Shown here: piece after piece, positions 11,500-21,367 of the stretch
Position numbering within the stretch: the stretch's first letter is position 1
Layout of the letters: the number at the start of each line of letters is the position of its first letter
Translations under genes and position numbers: made by a program
Assembly: GCF_032118995.1 (NCBI RefSeq)
Contig: NC_092652.1
Span: forward strand, 15,816,336-15,871,067
DNA length: 54,732 nucleotides
Origin: Asterias amurensis
Lineage: Eukaryota
Direction of reading: 5' to 3'
The notes under the pieces: generated by a model
Told to the model about the DNA's origin: nothing
What the model saw: the letters and a program-made list of their open reading frames with translations, nothing else
The model's database searches: none

Positions 11500-11860
11500 C
11501 TTCAAAATTTGTGATATATTCGGGAGGGAATCTTCAAATTCGCGATATTCGATATAATCGCGATTAGTTAAATTTGACATCATCAGTCTTCAAACTCCCA
11601 GTGAAAGTTGTAGAAGAGACAGTCACAGCATAAGAGAGGTGTTCTTATGACCTATTCTTCTGGTTTTACTCCAAATCTATGGGGTGCATGATGTCTCAGC
11701 TAGAAAATACATCCCGATATTGCGATATTTAATCGATATCGCGATATATCGCAATATATAGGATATATCAATAAAAACCAAATCGATCCAATATCGAAAT
11801 CGTTTCCAAGTTAGTCTCGCGATATTTGATAATATCGTGATATCGCCCAAGCTTAAGCTC
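11500..11860. repeat. cluster of ATCGCGATAT-type palindromic motifs
   Basis: cgcgatattcgatataatcgcgat; cccgatattgcgatatttaatcgatatcgcgatatatcgcaatatat; ctcgcgatatttgataatatcgtgatatcgcc. Confidence 0.7.
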
Positions 11861-11981
11861 TAGTGTGCCTTGGGTTTTGAGCACTAACTTTTCATTGACA
11901 GTAGTTGAGCAATGCCATGCCATTGACCACAGGATTATCATTCTGATTGTATTTTATCTTGGTTGTAATTTGTGTAAACAG

Positions 11982-12098
11982 GTCGTTTGAAAACGAGCAC
12001 AGAGAGTATTTCATGGCTTGGATGTAATGACCTCGGAGTGGAAGGAGGATGGGTCTGGACCGACAAGAAACCGTTTGTATTCATTGACTGGAATCCAG
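11982..12098 (+). CDS. exon; CTLD-C middle (SRLKTSTESISWLGCNDLGVEGGWVWTDKKPFVFIDWNPG)
   Basis: Acceptor tgtgtaaacag at 11979-11981, donor gtaggt at 12099. Confidence 0.85.
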
Positions 12099-12594
12099 GT
12101 AGGTTAATAATAATACTAATGGATTTATAGAGCGCTTTGTGCAAGCATCAAAGCGCTTAACAGTCAAACAGTTAGTAAAAGCTTTTAAATTTAGGCAACA
12201 TAAAAAAAAGAAACTGTTGATCATCCCCGCCCGACCGTTCAAAACCCTCAACCCATTTTTTTTTTCCCATGTCTGGATATCTCTTTATACTTTTACTGCC
12301 CAGATTTTTCAGCTGAAATTTTTTTCCAAATGTACAGGTTTGAAAAGATGTTTAAAGAAGGTTTTTTATTCATGTTGGCAAAGCAAGAACAAATCTTCGA
12401 ATATTTACTTGGGCTACACTGTGCTTAGTTGTTTGAAAAGGTTTACAGAAAATGTCATCTAGGAGTTAAATTTGTTTGACAAAACTATTGAAAACATAAA
12501 AAAAAAAAAAAAACCTCATCCACAAAAAAAAGGACGATCAACAATTTCTTTGTTATGTGGCCTTAAGTGAAATGGGCGAATATAAATCATTTTT

Positions 12595-12905
12595 AATCTG
12601 AGGTCATTGGTTCAAATCCTGCTGTAGTAAACTTTTCTCTGTTCAATCCCAAATGATTTAAAAGTTGCATCCCCCTTTAAGGTGATCCCCTGGCTGCCTC
12701 TTCCCAGATTGTATTGTAAACTTGGGTGTGACCCCTGGCTCACGGCACTCACAGTTTGAATGTTCTCTGACTGGCACCCTAGAATAAACATATTGACATT
12801 ATAGGGAGACTGCCAAGTTGTTGCTAGCTCAGTTGGTTAGTTAATCCTGAGGTGATCGGTTCAAATCCTGCTTTAGTCAATTTGTCTGTTCAAACCCAAT
12901 AATGT
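12595..12905 (+). mobile_element. Lys-tRNA-like SINE (family 3) as a head-to-tail dimer
   Basis: Two tRNA-like units (..ggttcaaatcctgct..) separated by the conserved ~150-bp module gcatccccc..ggtgatcccctggctgcc..ctgactggcaccc.. Confidence 0.6.
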
Positions 12906-13073
12906 GTGCCCAACACATTTACTTAATACGTGACATTGCAGGGATTATATGAAAGCTATAAGCACTGACAACTTCTCAAATAGGCTGAAGTATAATCATT
13001 TGGGAAAAGGAAAGATTCAACTTAAATAAGAAATAACTGATATGGAAATCCTCTATTCATTGTTCATTTCCAG

Positions 13074-13199
13074 GTCAGCCAGATAATTGGTTTGGTGGCT
13101 CCAGCACTGGCGAACACTGCTGCCAGTTTTACAATAACATTGGAACGTGGAACGATAACTACTGTGAAACTGGTTTAGGGTATAGCTGCAATCGTGATG
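13074..13199 (+). CDS. exon; CTLD-C C-terminus carrying QPD...WND (GQPDNWFGGSSTGEHCCQFYNNIGTWNDNYCETGLGYSCNRD)
   Basis: Acceptor tcatttccag, donor gtaagt at 13200. The QPD plus WND pair is the galactose-type motif pair. Confidence 0.85.
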
Positions 13200-13811
13200 G
13201 TAAGTGCTCACTTTCTGGTTTTTCTTCTTCAGTTGCTGTGAACACTGCCCAAATGGTATATTTAATAATGCAGCTCTCAGCGTTAAAAAATTCCTGTATT
13301 GATCGTATTCCCACTGTGTTCTCTGCTGCTCTGTGTATGGGTATAAGTTTGCGTGCAAGATGCAAGACGCATGTAATATCTTGACTGCACAGCGTTAACA
13401 TGCAAACACAATGCACAATATTTGCATCTTGTGTACGCATGGCAGACTGTGAGAATACGATCAAAAACGGGATTTTTTTTTGTGAGGAACATATGACGAC
13501 CAAAACCCACCGCAGAAAAATGTATGCTGCCATGGAATGTGAATCTGTTGAAATTAGTGGCTTCTTGCAGGAAGCTTTGAGTTATGAAGCTTTAAAAAAA
13601 TTTCGCCCCAGAAATGGACCCTGATATCCAGGACGTCACTCTAGTATAATGCGAAAGTGTAAGACCGCCAGGGCTAAGTAATTATCTAAAACTATTAATA
13701 ACTGTTAATACTTAACAGTATTTAACAGGGATGGGCATTGTGAAGTCCGAAATGTTGAAAAAGTTGGACTGCCGCCTGATTCGCCCTGATCATTGTCTTT
13801 CCTTCCTCTAG

Positions 13812-14057
13812 ATTACATCTTCAAGTATTACATCTCATTCCCCGAGAAGCAGCTCCTTGGAAACGACGACAAGACGCTGAAGAACATCTTTCCGAGTGAG
13901 TGCGCAAGACGTTGCGTCACCGAAACAGACTTTACCTGTCGCTCATTTGACTATGAACGCAACAAGATGACATGCTACCTCAGTAAGACCGACAAGAACG
14001 TGGCGGGAGGACTTGTACCATCATTTGAATCGCAGCACTTTGACTACTATGAGAGAG
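13812..14057 (+). CDS. exon encoding a complete PAN/apple-like domain (ECARRCVTETDFTCRSFDYERNKMTCYLSKTDKNVAGG), symmetric phase 1-1
   Basis: Acceptor ttccttcctctag, donor gtaggc at 14058. ORF 13793..14116 has the same frame. C..C...F.C.SF.Y......CYL spacing typical of PAN/apple modules. Confidence 0.8.
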
Positions 14058-14454
14058 GTAGGCAATATAAAAACAGATTGGTTTTAACAAAGGATTGTCT
14101 AAATTCTTCCAAGTGACCTATCACTGATTTTTTGAACAAACATTTTAGTCAAATTCTCTTCTTTTTTTAAAATACTTTTTACTTGATTTTGTTGTCTTTG
14201 TTCAATAATAGTTTACTTATACTACGCACATATCTGTCGATAAAGACACCCAAGCCGCACATAGAAAAAATTAATGGTTCATTTAAACAGAAAACTTGAT
14301 TCTGAAAGAACGCTTATTGAAAGAACGCTTATTGTCTTTAAAAATGGACTTGAAGCACCCAAGGGATGTAGATTAACAAAGATCTTATGTGAGAGTGTTC
14401 CAAACTCGTGGAGCAGCCACACAGAATGACCCAAAATTATTTAAAATTTATCTA

Positions 14455-14745
14455 TCAGTCAGTTTCTCTTGTGGTGTATCATTTAAAATCTGAAATAAAA
14501 ATTAGCATCCCCTTTATATGGTGATTTCCCTGGCTCGTCGCTTCCCTGGTTGTAGCGTAAACTTGGATGTGATTCCTGGCTACACGGTAGTTGGCGGTTA
14601 TATATGGCTTTTGACTGGCACCCCTAAACAAAATAGGGAGGCCGCCAACGTAGGGCTAGATAGCTCAGTTGGTAGAGCGCAGGTACGTTATTCCAGAGGT
14701 TGTTGGTTTAAATCTCGCTCTGGTAATTTTTCTTGTTGTGGGAAT
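14455..14745 (+). mobile_element. SINE family 3 copy; tRNA-like unit at 14653-14728
   Basis: gggctagatagctcagttggtagagcgc..ggtttaaatctcgctctggtaa preceded by the conserved module. Accounts for ORFs 14518..14760 and 14669..14911. Confidence 0.6.
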
Positions 14746-15296
14746 CAACTCATGGGGTAAGGCTGACAGCAGACAGAGGACTGGCTATGTGCGTGTCCTC
14801 CGCTGTAATACTGGTGCAGAGACCACAGCAGGGCCCAATTTACCAGGGTTTACCGCTTACCACATTTTTATGCCTGCAATTACCAGTCTCTGCTTACTGT
14901 GCCAGTGTTGATCTTCTGCGCTCGCCTGTTACGCAAATAATGCCTATGGTGCGTTTGTTTAGCTTCCCTGGTGTGTGGCGTTTTTTTTTTCCAGGACGAA
15001 CGTGGGTAATTATCTGCACACGTTCGTCCTGGAAAGAAAAAACGGGACGCTAAACGAACGCACCCCTAGTAACATTGAGTCCGCTTGCACAAGCAAAAAT
15101 GTGAACCTGTGAACTACACTTGAATAAGTGCCGAATTCTCTGCATCCTTGAGCACCAATTCGTTGGTTACGGTAAGCGGACCTATAAAATGGGCCCAGAA
15201 CTGACTGCCTTCATAGGGTTAAGAGAAGATTGGATTGGCGAGAGGCTGTGCTGGTTGCCATTGAAATATTGTTTTATCTGTGTTTCTTTTTGCCAG

Positions 15297-15515
15297 ATTT
15301 CTCTGTGGCAGTTCCAATACCAACTAAAGCTCCTGGTACCGACATGGGATGCGCCAAAGGTTGGGGTCGATACAAGGGGTTCTGCTACTTTGCCAATCTA
15401 GCCGCACTGGAGTTCGCTGAGGCAGAGAAAGCATGCAAGAATCAAGGAGCTGAAATGGCTTCCATTTTAGACATGAATGCCAATAACTTCCTGAGGGCTA
15501 ACATCTACGAGAAAA
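15297..15515 (+). CDS. exon; CTLD-D N-terminal part (DFSVAVPIPTKAPGTDMGCAKGWGRYKGFCYFANLAALEFAEAEKACKNQGAEMASILDMNANNFLRANIYEK)
   Basis: Acceptor ttctttttgccag, donor gtaagt at 15516. ORF 15230..15538. Confidence 0.85.
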
Positions 15516-15631
15516 GTAAGTATTTCAAAACAGAGTAACATTGAAAAATAAACTGAAGTAACACTTTTCGCCATTGGTGAAGGGATGTGATTTCTCTGTT
15601 CTTAAAAAAAAAAGATTCTTGGTTTTTTTTG

Positions 15632-15668
15632 CCCCCCCCCCCCCCACAAAAAGAAAAAAAAAAAAAAT
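15632..15668. repeat. poly-C followed by poly-A tract
   Basis: gcccccccccccccccacaaaaagaaaaaaaaaaaaaa. Confidence 0.9.
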
Positions 15669-15756
15669 AATGAAGATAAAACCATATAAATTACGCCCCA
15701 GATTGCAGAGTAGGGCTTTTAAAACCAAAGATATATGTTATTATTGGGCTTCATGC

Positions 15757-16130
15757 TCGTTGCCTTGGATCGGACGAGTTGGTGTATAAAAAGCGTTTGA
15801 AACCGTTTGTTATAAAATGCATATGGTTAGAAAGATATTTAAAAAGTAGAATATAAGGATCCACACAAGTATCACTCGAAATTGCATGGTTTTCATTTTA
15901 CGTCGTGAACTAACGCGGTTGGCCATTTTATGGAGTCAAAATTTTGACTCCACAAAATGGCCGACTGTGTTTCTTCTCGATGTAAAAGGAAAACCGTGCA
16001 ATTTCCAGGCATGTTTGTGTGGATCATTGTATAATCTACTTTTAAATTATCTATCTGACCATTTGCATAACATAACAAACAGTTTCAAACGCTTTTCAAA
16101 GAACAACTCGACCGATCCAGATTTCCTTTA
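15757..16130. mobile_element. MITE family A copy with degenerate ends
   Basis: Full-length similarity to 3103-3472. Source of spurious ORFs 15886..16131 and 15893..16078. Confidence 0.7.
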
Positions 16131-16213
16131 ATGTTTTGGACAAAAGGCAACACCGTTGCCTACCATGATTCATGTGTTACATCATCATCTGATGACCTTG
16201 TTGTTCTCAACAG

Positions 16214-16371
16214 CAAAGACCATCACTCGCTACTGGATCGGTCTGAATGATAAGAAGACAGAAATGCTGTATGAATGGTCTGATGGTACTCCGGTAACCT
16301 ACACTAACTGGTATGCCCATGAACCCAACGATGCCAACGGTGAAGATTGTGTCGAGATATACACCGACATT
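16214..16371 (+). CDS. exon; CTLD-D middle with EPN (TKTITRYWIGLNDKKTEMLYEWSDGTPVTYTNWYAHEPNDANGEDCVEIYTDI)
   Basis: Acceptor ttctcaacag, donor gtaaga at 16372. ORF 16156..16407. EPN is the mannose-type motif. Confidence 0.85.
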
Positions 16372-16518
16372 GTAAGAAACACTATTTATGTAACTTTTCA
16401 TCAATGATTAATTCCAATGTGAAAGAAGTACTGAGTATACGGTGCTAACACACACCGATATATATGGGTTAAAGCAAAATTAATATTCTGTATGACACAC
16501 CTCTTGCTTGTTCTGTAT

Positions 16519-16614
16519 TCTGGTTGGCTGAAACACAGTCACGTGGGGTGATTTAAAATAGTAATCTGGTTGGCTGAAACACAGTCACGTGGGGTGAACT
16601 AATATAGTCTAGTG
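16519..16614. repeat. 48-bp tandem duplication
   Basis: tctggttggctgaaacacagtcacgtggggtga(t/a)(t/c)taa(a/t)atagt occurs twice. Confidence 0.8.
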
Positions 16615-16662
16615 ATTGTGCGTACATGTTTTGCGTAAATAGTGCCCGATCGGGCACTAGTC

Positions 16663-16926
16663 TTTAAAAAAACACCCTTGTCACATGAAGTTGCGTGCTT
16701 TCAGATGCTTGATTTCGGGACCTCAAAATCTAATTCTGAGGTCTCAAATTCAAATTCAAATATTTTAGTCAAAAAATTACTTCTTTCTCGAAAACTGCGT
16801 TACTTAAGAGTGAGCCATTTCTCAGCATGTTTTATACTATCAACAGCTCTCCATTGCTTGTTACCAAGTAAGTTTTTATGTTAACAATTATTTTAAGTAA
16901 CTACCATTAGTGTCAAGTGCCTTTAA
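16663..16926 (+). mobile_element. MITE family B copy, 5-prime truncated
   Basis: Internal and 3-prime TIR similarity. Accounts for ORF 16642..16884. Confidence 0.7.
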
Positions 16927-16960
16927 ATGAGTATACATGTTTGGAATTACTCTTTAACAG

Positions 16961-17068
16961 GGCTACTGGAATGACTTGAATTGTAAAGGATACACCTTCA
17001 GCTCTATCTGTAAGAAGCCTCTCTCTTCTGGTAACCCAGTACACTTGCCAGCCGCAACATGCCCAACT
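16961..17068 (+). CDS. exon; CTLD-D C-terminus plus linker plus first Cys of CTLD-E (GYWNDLNCKGYTFSSICKKPLSSGNPVHLPAATCPT)
   Basis: Acceptor ctctttaacag, donor gtaagt at 17069. Confidence 0.85.
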
Positions 17069-17165
17069 GTAAGTATACACAGCTCTTTTTCAGAGCCAAC
17101 ACTCCTTTGAAAAGAGATTTTACACATGGTTGTACCCGCAAGTTTACTTGTTATAGTTACTATGG

Positions 17166-17890
17166 TTGTCGTGGCCGAACGGGTAAGAGTACCGAACTCA
17201 AGCTCTTGTGTTTCTGTTAAGCAGAGTGTGCATGGGTTTGAATCCTGGTCCTGACACTTGTCTCCCTCGGAAAGACACTTCTAACTAAAATTGCTTCTCT
17301 CCACCCAGGGGTAATTGGGTACCTGTGAGGGCAGAGATGGTTCTTGTGATTGATTTAGCTTATGCGCATTATTATCGCAGGACAGTTCACTCCCTTAGGA
17401 GCTGAGATGGTTTAAGGAATGAATTAAGGCCCAGTTACCAGGGGTAATAATTTTGGAATCGCTTTAAAGCCATTGGACCCTTTAGGTAAACAGTATTGTC
17501 CAAGGCCCACACTATGTGTATCGCAACTTCGATATAAAATAACAAACCTGTGGAAATTTGGGCTCAATCGGTCATCGGAGTCGGGAGAAAATAACGGGAG
17601 AACCCACCCTTGAATCCGCACGTTTCGCCGTGTCATGACATAAATCCGTAATTCTCGATATCGAAACTTGATATTGTTTTACTGTTTTCTCAAAAAGTAA
17701 TGCTTTTCATGGAATAATATTTCAAGAGAAGTCTTTCACCACTACCTTCTGTAAACCCTGTAAGTTATTTGTAAATCTGTGAACTTTTTTTTTTTTTTTT
17801 TCTGTACCGAAAGGGTCCAATGGCTTTAAGACGCCCTCTGGTTGTGAAAAGCGCTTTATAATAACTGGTTATTATCATTACTATTATTTT
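17166..17890 (+). mobile_element. SINE family 1 copy interrupted by the MITE-G insertion (17465-17829)
   Basis: Head gtcgtggccgaacgggtaagagtaccg...gggtttgaatcctggtcctgacacttg. Tail resumes after the MITE. Confidence 0.7.
17465..17829. mobile_element. MITE family G copy inserted into a SINE, with a perfect TTAA duplication
   Basis: gcTTTAAagccattggaccctttaggtaaac ... gtaccgaaagggtccaatggctTTAAg. The flanking SINE sequence is continuous across a single TTAA (compare 9080-9110 and 48150-48190). Confidence 0.8.
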
Positions 17891-17968
17891 AACTTCTGAT
17901 TTACCACACCATGGATGCAAAGCTTCAAATAACAAATAAGATTAGATACAGATTTAAACCCATAACCT

Positions 17969-18218
17969 GGGCCCAATTTCATGGCTCTGCTTACCGCCGA
18001 ATTCTACGCTTACGATCACGATTCCCCGCTTACGTGCAAGCGCCGAATTTCTGCGCTAGCCTTGTAAGCGTAGAATGCCTAGTAACGCAGAGTACGCACG
18101 CGCAGAAGCCAAAATTCGCCGCTAACCCGTGAAATACGCTTGCCGTAAGCACAGAATTCCCTGCTTCCGTAAGCGCCAATTTTGTGCTTACGGTAAGCAG
18201 AGCCATGAAATTGGGCCC
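17969..18218. mobile_element. MITE family C, CpG-rich subfamily
   Basis: gggcccaatttcatggctctgcttaccg ... cggtaagcagagccatgaaattgggccc. Confidence 0.8.
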
Positions 18219-18315
18219 TGATGATGTCTTTGATATTCCAGAATGAGGTTTATTCATAAAGCGAAGTGAATTTTGTTGCATACCTGATTATTTGAGTCAC
18301 ATAATCTTACTTTGC

Positions 18316-18484
18316 GTGAAGTGGGTTGTCTTTGGCTGTGTGGTTTCTGATCAGCAGAGTGTGGGTTCGAGTCCCTGTCGTGGCTTTTATGTCCTCGAGC
18401 AACTTTACCATAGTTGCTTTGTCCTTCATATGAGACACATAAGCTGTAGGTTCCCGTGGATTTGGTTTGAAGTACCTGCCTGAC
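18316..18484 (+). mobile_element. SINE family 5 partial copy
   Basis: ..ctgatcagcagagtgtgggttcgagtccctgtcgtgg.. plus body similarity to 4100-4300. Accounts for ORF 18292..18483. Confidence 0.55.
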
Positions 18485-18487
18485 TGA

Positions 18488-18648
18488 AGCTCCGTTCATA
18501 CTTCCTGCGAATGCGAAGCGAATGTTGACGTCACAAAAATCGCAACGAATTTCGCAGCAGTTCAGCTCTGTTCAACTCACTTGCGAATATCGCTGCGAAA
18601 GGATAGTTGTTATGTCAAATTCACTTCGCATTCGCAGAACCGGGCTTT
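18488..18648. mobile_element. MITE family F copy
   Basis: ctccgttcatacttcctgcgaatgcgaagcg ... cgcattcgcagaaccgggcttt. Confidence 0.7.
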
Positions 18649-18814
18649 AGTGGGGTTTTCCCTGAAATATTTGTCTGGGGATTACCTACAACATCTAAAA
18701 CTGTTACTTCCTTGTCTTCTCTCCATTGGGTTCTTGGCTAGTACAGTCATTAAGTACGCTTTTCTTTGAGTCCTTAGCTTCAAAACCAGAATAAATGAAA
18801 TGAAATGATAACTA

Positions 18815-19020
18815 AAATTCTGACTGGCACCCCCGAACAAAGATATTAACAAAATAGGGACACCGCCAACATAGGGCTAGATAGCTCAGTTGGTGGAGCG
18901 CTGGCTTGTTAATCCAGAGGTCGTTGGTTCGAATCCCACTCTAGTCAACTCTTTGTTCAACCCCCAAACTCATTTAAAAATTTACCCAGTCAGTTTCCCT
19001 TGTGGTTTATATTGATAACT
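18815..19020 (+). mobile_element. SINE family 3 copy; tRNA-like unit at 18876-18950 (anticodon-loop region cttgttaatcc, Lys-like)
   Basis: gggctagatagctcagttggtggagcgctggcttgttaatccagaggtcgttggttcgaatcccactctagtcaa. The 3-prime acceptor strand mismatches the 5-prime strand, so it is not a functional tRNA. Confidence 0.65.
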
Positions 19021-19054
19021 AGAATTATTACTGTACTTTACCAATCGTTACCAG

Positions 19055-19170
19055 GGTTGGACAGGCTGGAATGATGTGTGCTACAAGATGGATTCTACCA
19101 AGGCTACATGGACTGATGCTGGTACTCAATGCAAGACTGCTGGTGGTCGACTGGTCATCATTGAAGACAA
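19055..19170 (+). CDS. exon; CTLD-E N-terminal part (GWTGWNDVCYKMDSTKATWTDAGTQCKTAGGRLVIIED)
   Basis: Acceptor atcgttaccag, donor gtaaat at 19171. Continues CPT|GW from the previous exon. Confidence 0.8.
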
Positions 19171-19364
19171 GTAAATATGCACTCCACAACGACTGTTTGA
19201 ATCTCAGTATATAGTCTTGTATTGAATTTATTTCAATTCAATTCAATTCAACTACTCTTTATTAGATAAATAATGATAATAATAAAAAGGGTAGATCAAA
19301 TGCTTGCCTGCTGATAAATCATTAAAACATTAAAACAGCTCTTGGGCTTTATACAATTGAAAGT

Positions 19365-19619
19365 AAAACCGCCACACGTCACTTTCACACGAATTTGTGT
19401 GCTTTCGCAGATGCTTGATTTCGAGACCTCAAAATCTAATACTGAGATCTCAAACTTAAATTCGTGGAAAATTACTTCTTTCTCGAAAACTATGTCACTT
19501 CAAAGGGAGTCATTTCTCACAATGTTGTATACTATCATCCTCTCCTTACTCATTACCAAGTAAGGTTTTATGCTAAAAATTATTTTTGAGTAATTACCAA
19601 TAGTGTCCACTGCCTTTAA
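19365..19619 (+). mobile_element. MITE family B copy, 5-prime truncated
   Basis: Similarity to 6081-6473. Accounts for ORF 19342..19563. Confidence 0.7.
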
Positions 19620-19669
19620 AAGAGGTTGGTTTAGAAATTTCTTAAAGAGCAACTGTCTGTTTGTTACAG

Positions 19670-19818
19670 GTATGAGTTATCTTTCCTGAGTGCTCAGCTT
19701 GGAATGGAGAATGGCGATGATTTCTTCATCGGTTTCAGCGACAGTAAAACACCAGGACTCTATGAGTGGATGGATGGATCTTCAGTCACCTACACCAACT
19801 GGGCTGAGGGACAACCTG
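19670..19818 (+). CDS. exon; CTLD-E middle (KYELSFLSAQLGMENGDDFFIGFSDSKTPGLYEWMDGSSVTYTNWAEGQP)
   Basis: Acceptor tttgttacag, donor gtcaga at 19819. Phase 2 in, phase 1 out. Confidence 0.8.
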
Positions 19819-19952
19819 GTCAGAGTCAACACTATATTATCATTTAGGATTTTACATTAAATTTCAACAGATTTGATGGTTTTTGTTTTGTTTTTTTTTA
19901 TATTTTAAGTTTCACCCCTAAAACAAGTTTTTAATTGTAGTTCTAATAAAGC

Positions 19953-20078
19953 TTGCCATTTGTTGCATATTGCTTCTTGCTGGTATTTAACTGTAATTGG
20001 GTTGGTAATCCTGTTTTTATCAAGGAAGAAATATTATGCTAACCAATTTTTTGTGCTTAGCTCTATGAAATTGGGCCC
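19953..20078. mobile_element. MITE family C partial copy (3-prime half)
   Basis: Similarity to 33290-33461 ending in ctctatgaaattgggccc. Confidence 0.55.
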
Positions 20079-20275
20079 AGTTATTAGGCAGTACTTAAGC
20101 AGCAGAGTCAAGCAATCTCCTGAAGACGATCAGAGCACACTGATTGAAACGTTGGGTTGTCAACCACCGGTTCTTTTTAGACCCAAGACTACTCAAAGGA
20201 GATCCTTACATGGTGTTACCACATACCTCTCTTAGCCATACTTCCTCCATGCAAAGTTCCAAATCCTACTTATGA

Positions 20276-20462
20276 AGCCCGGTTCATACTTCCTGCAAAT
20301 GCAAAGGCGAAGCGAGTGTTGACGTCACAAATTCGCAACGCATAATTTGCAGCAGTTCAACTCTGTTCAACTCACTTGCAAACATCGCTACGAAAGGAAG
20401 GAATTGTGACATCAAATTCATGTCGAATTCGCATCCCATTCGCAGGAAGTTCGACCCGGGCT
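20276..20462. mobile_element. MITE family F copy
   Basis: agcccggttcatacttcctgcaaatgcaaa ... cattcgcaggaagttcgacccgggctt. Confidence 0.7.
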
Positions 20463-20490
20463 TAACTCTGATGATTGTTTGTCTCTACAG

Positions 20491-20702
20491 ATGATCAAGC
20501 CGGTAACTGTGTAACAATGAACTCTGGCATGGATGCTGGCTACTGGACCGATAGAGATTGCAGTGTGAAACGTCGTTACATCTGTGAGAAAGCTGGGAAT
20601 GGTCAACCACCTCTGACCCCACCTCCTGCCATCACACCTACCCAGCCATCGGACACTGACTGCCAAGCTGGATGGACAGGCTATGGAACACAATGCTTCA
20701 GG
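20491..20702 (+). CDS. exon; CTLD-E C-terminus (WTDRDC...YICEK), PT-rich linker, and CTLD-F start (DCQAGWTGYGTQCFR)
   Basis: Acceptor gtctctacag, weak donor gttagc at 20703. ORF 20475..20735 has the same frame. Confidence 0.75.
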
Positions 20703-20764
20703 GTTAGCTTCAGAAGATTTTGTTTTTTCCTGTGAGATCGAATCTTCTTGAGAAAATAGAATTA

Positions 20765-20938
20765 GCTGCCGTCGATTTCACAAAGAGTTAGGACTTGTCT
20801 TATCTCGAGTTAGGACGAGTAACTCTTCCTAACTTAGGATTAATCTTAAGGTCTGCATGCTACAGTGCAGGGTTGGGACTCATCCTATGTCCTAAGATTA
20901 GTCTTAAGTTGGGAAGAGTTTTGTAAAATCGACGGCTG
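20765..20938. mobile_element. MITE family D (TIR cagccgtcgatttcacaaa, internal taggac/gtccta repeats)
   Basis: gctgccgtcgatttcacaaagag ... ttttgtaaaatcgacggctg. Confidence 0.75.
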
Positions 20939-20982
20939 TTTTAATTGATGTTAAATTTGCATCGGGAATAAAGGATATTCAT

Positions 20983-21190
20983 TTTGGTTTTTACCTGTAT
21001 ACACCAATGTGTGTTAGCACTGTATACTCAGTACTTTCCCGAGTCCTGTGAAAAATATCACAGGCATAATACTCGGGTGGGATTCAAACCCATGACCTTT
21101 GCAATTCTAGAGCAGTGTCGTACCAACTAGACCCCCCCCCCCCACGAGATTGCCCGGTGGCTAGAGGCAGTTTGAATCCTATGTTTTGTG
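20983..21190 (-). mobile_element. tRNA-like SINE family 4 (T-arm on minus strand: gggattcaaacccatgacc)
   Basis: Similar to 9893-9990, 21600-21680 and both arms of 44474-44757. Poly-C run at 21128-21140. Confidence 0.5.
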
Positions 21191-21350
21191 CAGAATTAGC
21201 TGTTGCAAACAACTTAACAACCAAAATGACCTATGGTATAAATGCAAATAATAGTTTCAACCCTAACAGAGTCTTTCTCAAAGATGACAACGCAACAAAC
21301 GTGAACAGGTAACTAAGTGTAACATAAGTAGTCGGGTGGAAGTACATGAA

Positions 21351-21367
21351 TAGAGAGAGAGAGAGAG
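21351..21367. repeat. (GA)n microsatellite
   Basis: agagagagagagagag. Confidence 0.9.

Noticed and set aside
13159-13533. 124-aa minus-strand ORF antisense to exon 13074-13199
   Set aside because: No lectin-like or other recognisable motifs. It overlaps a plus-strand exon with a clear frame. No supporting splice or promoter signals.
18876-18950. Possible functional tRNA (Asn/Lys-like) genes at 14653-14728, 18876-18950 and 39034-39110
   Set aside because: The 5-prime acceptor strand gggctag is not complemented by the 3-prime strand (ctagtca). Anticodon stems are imperfect. All copies are embedded in the same ~300-bp conserved repeat context. They are interpreted as tRNA-derived SINE units.
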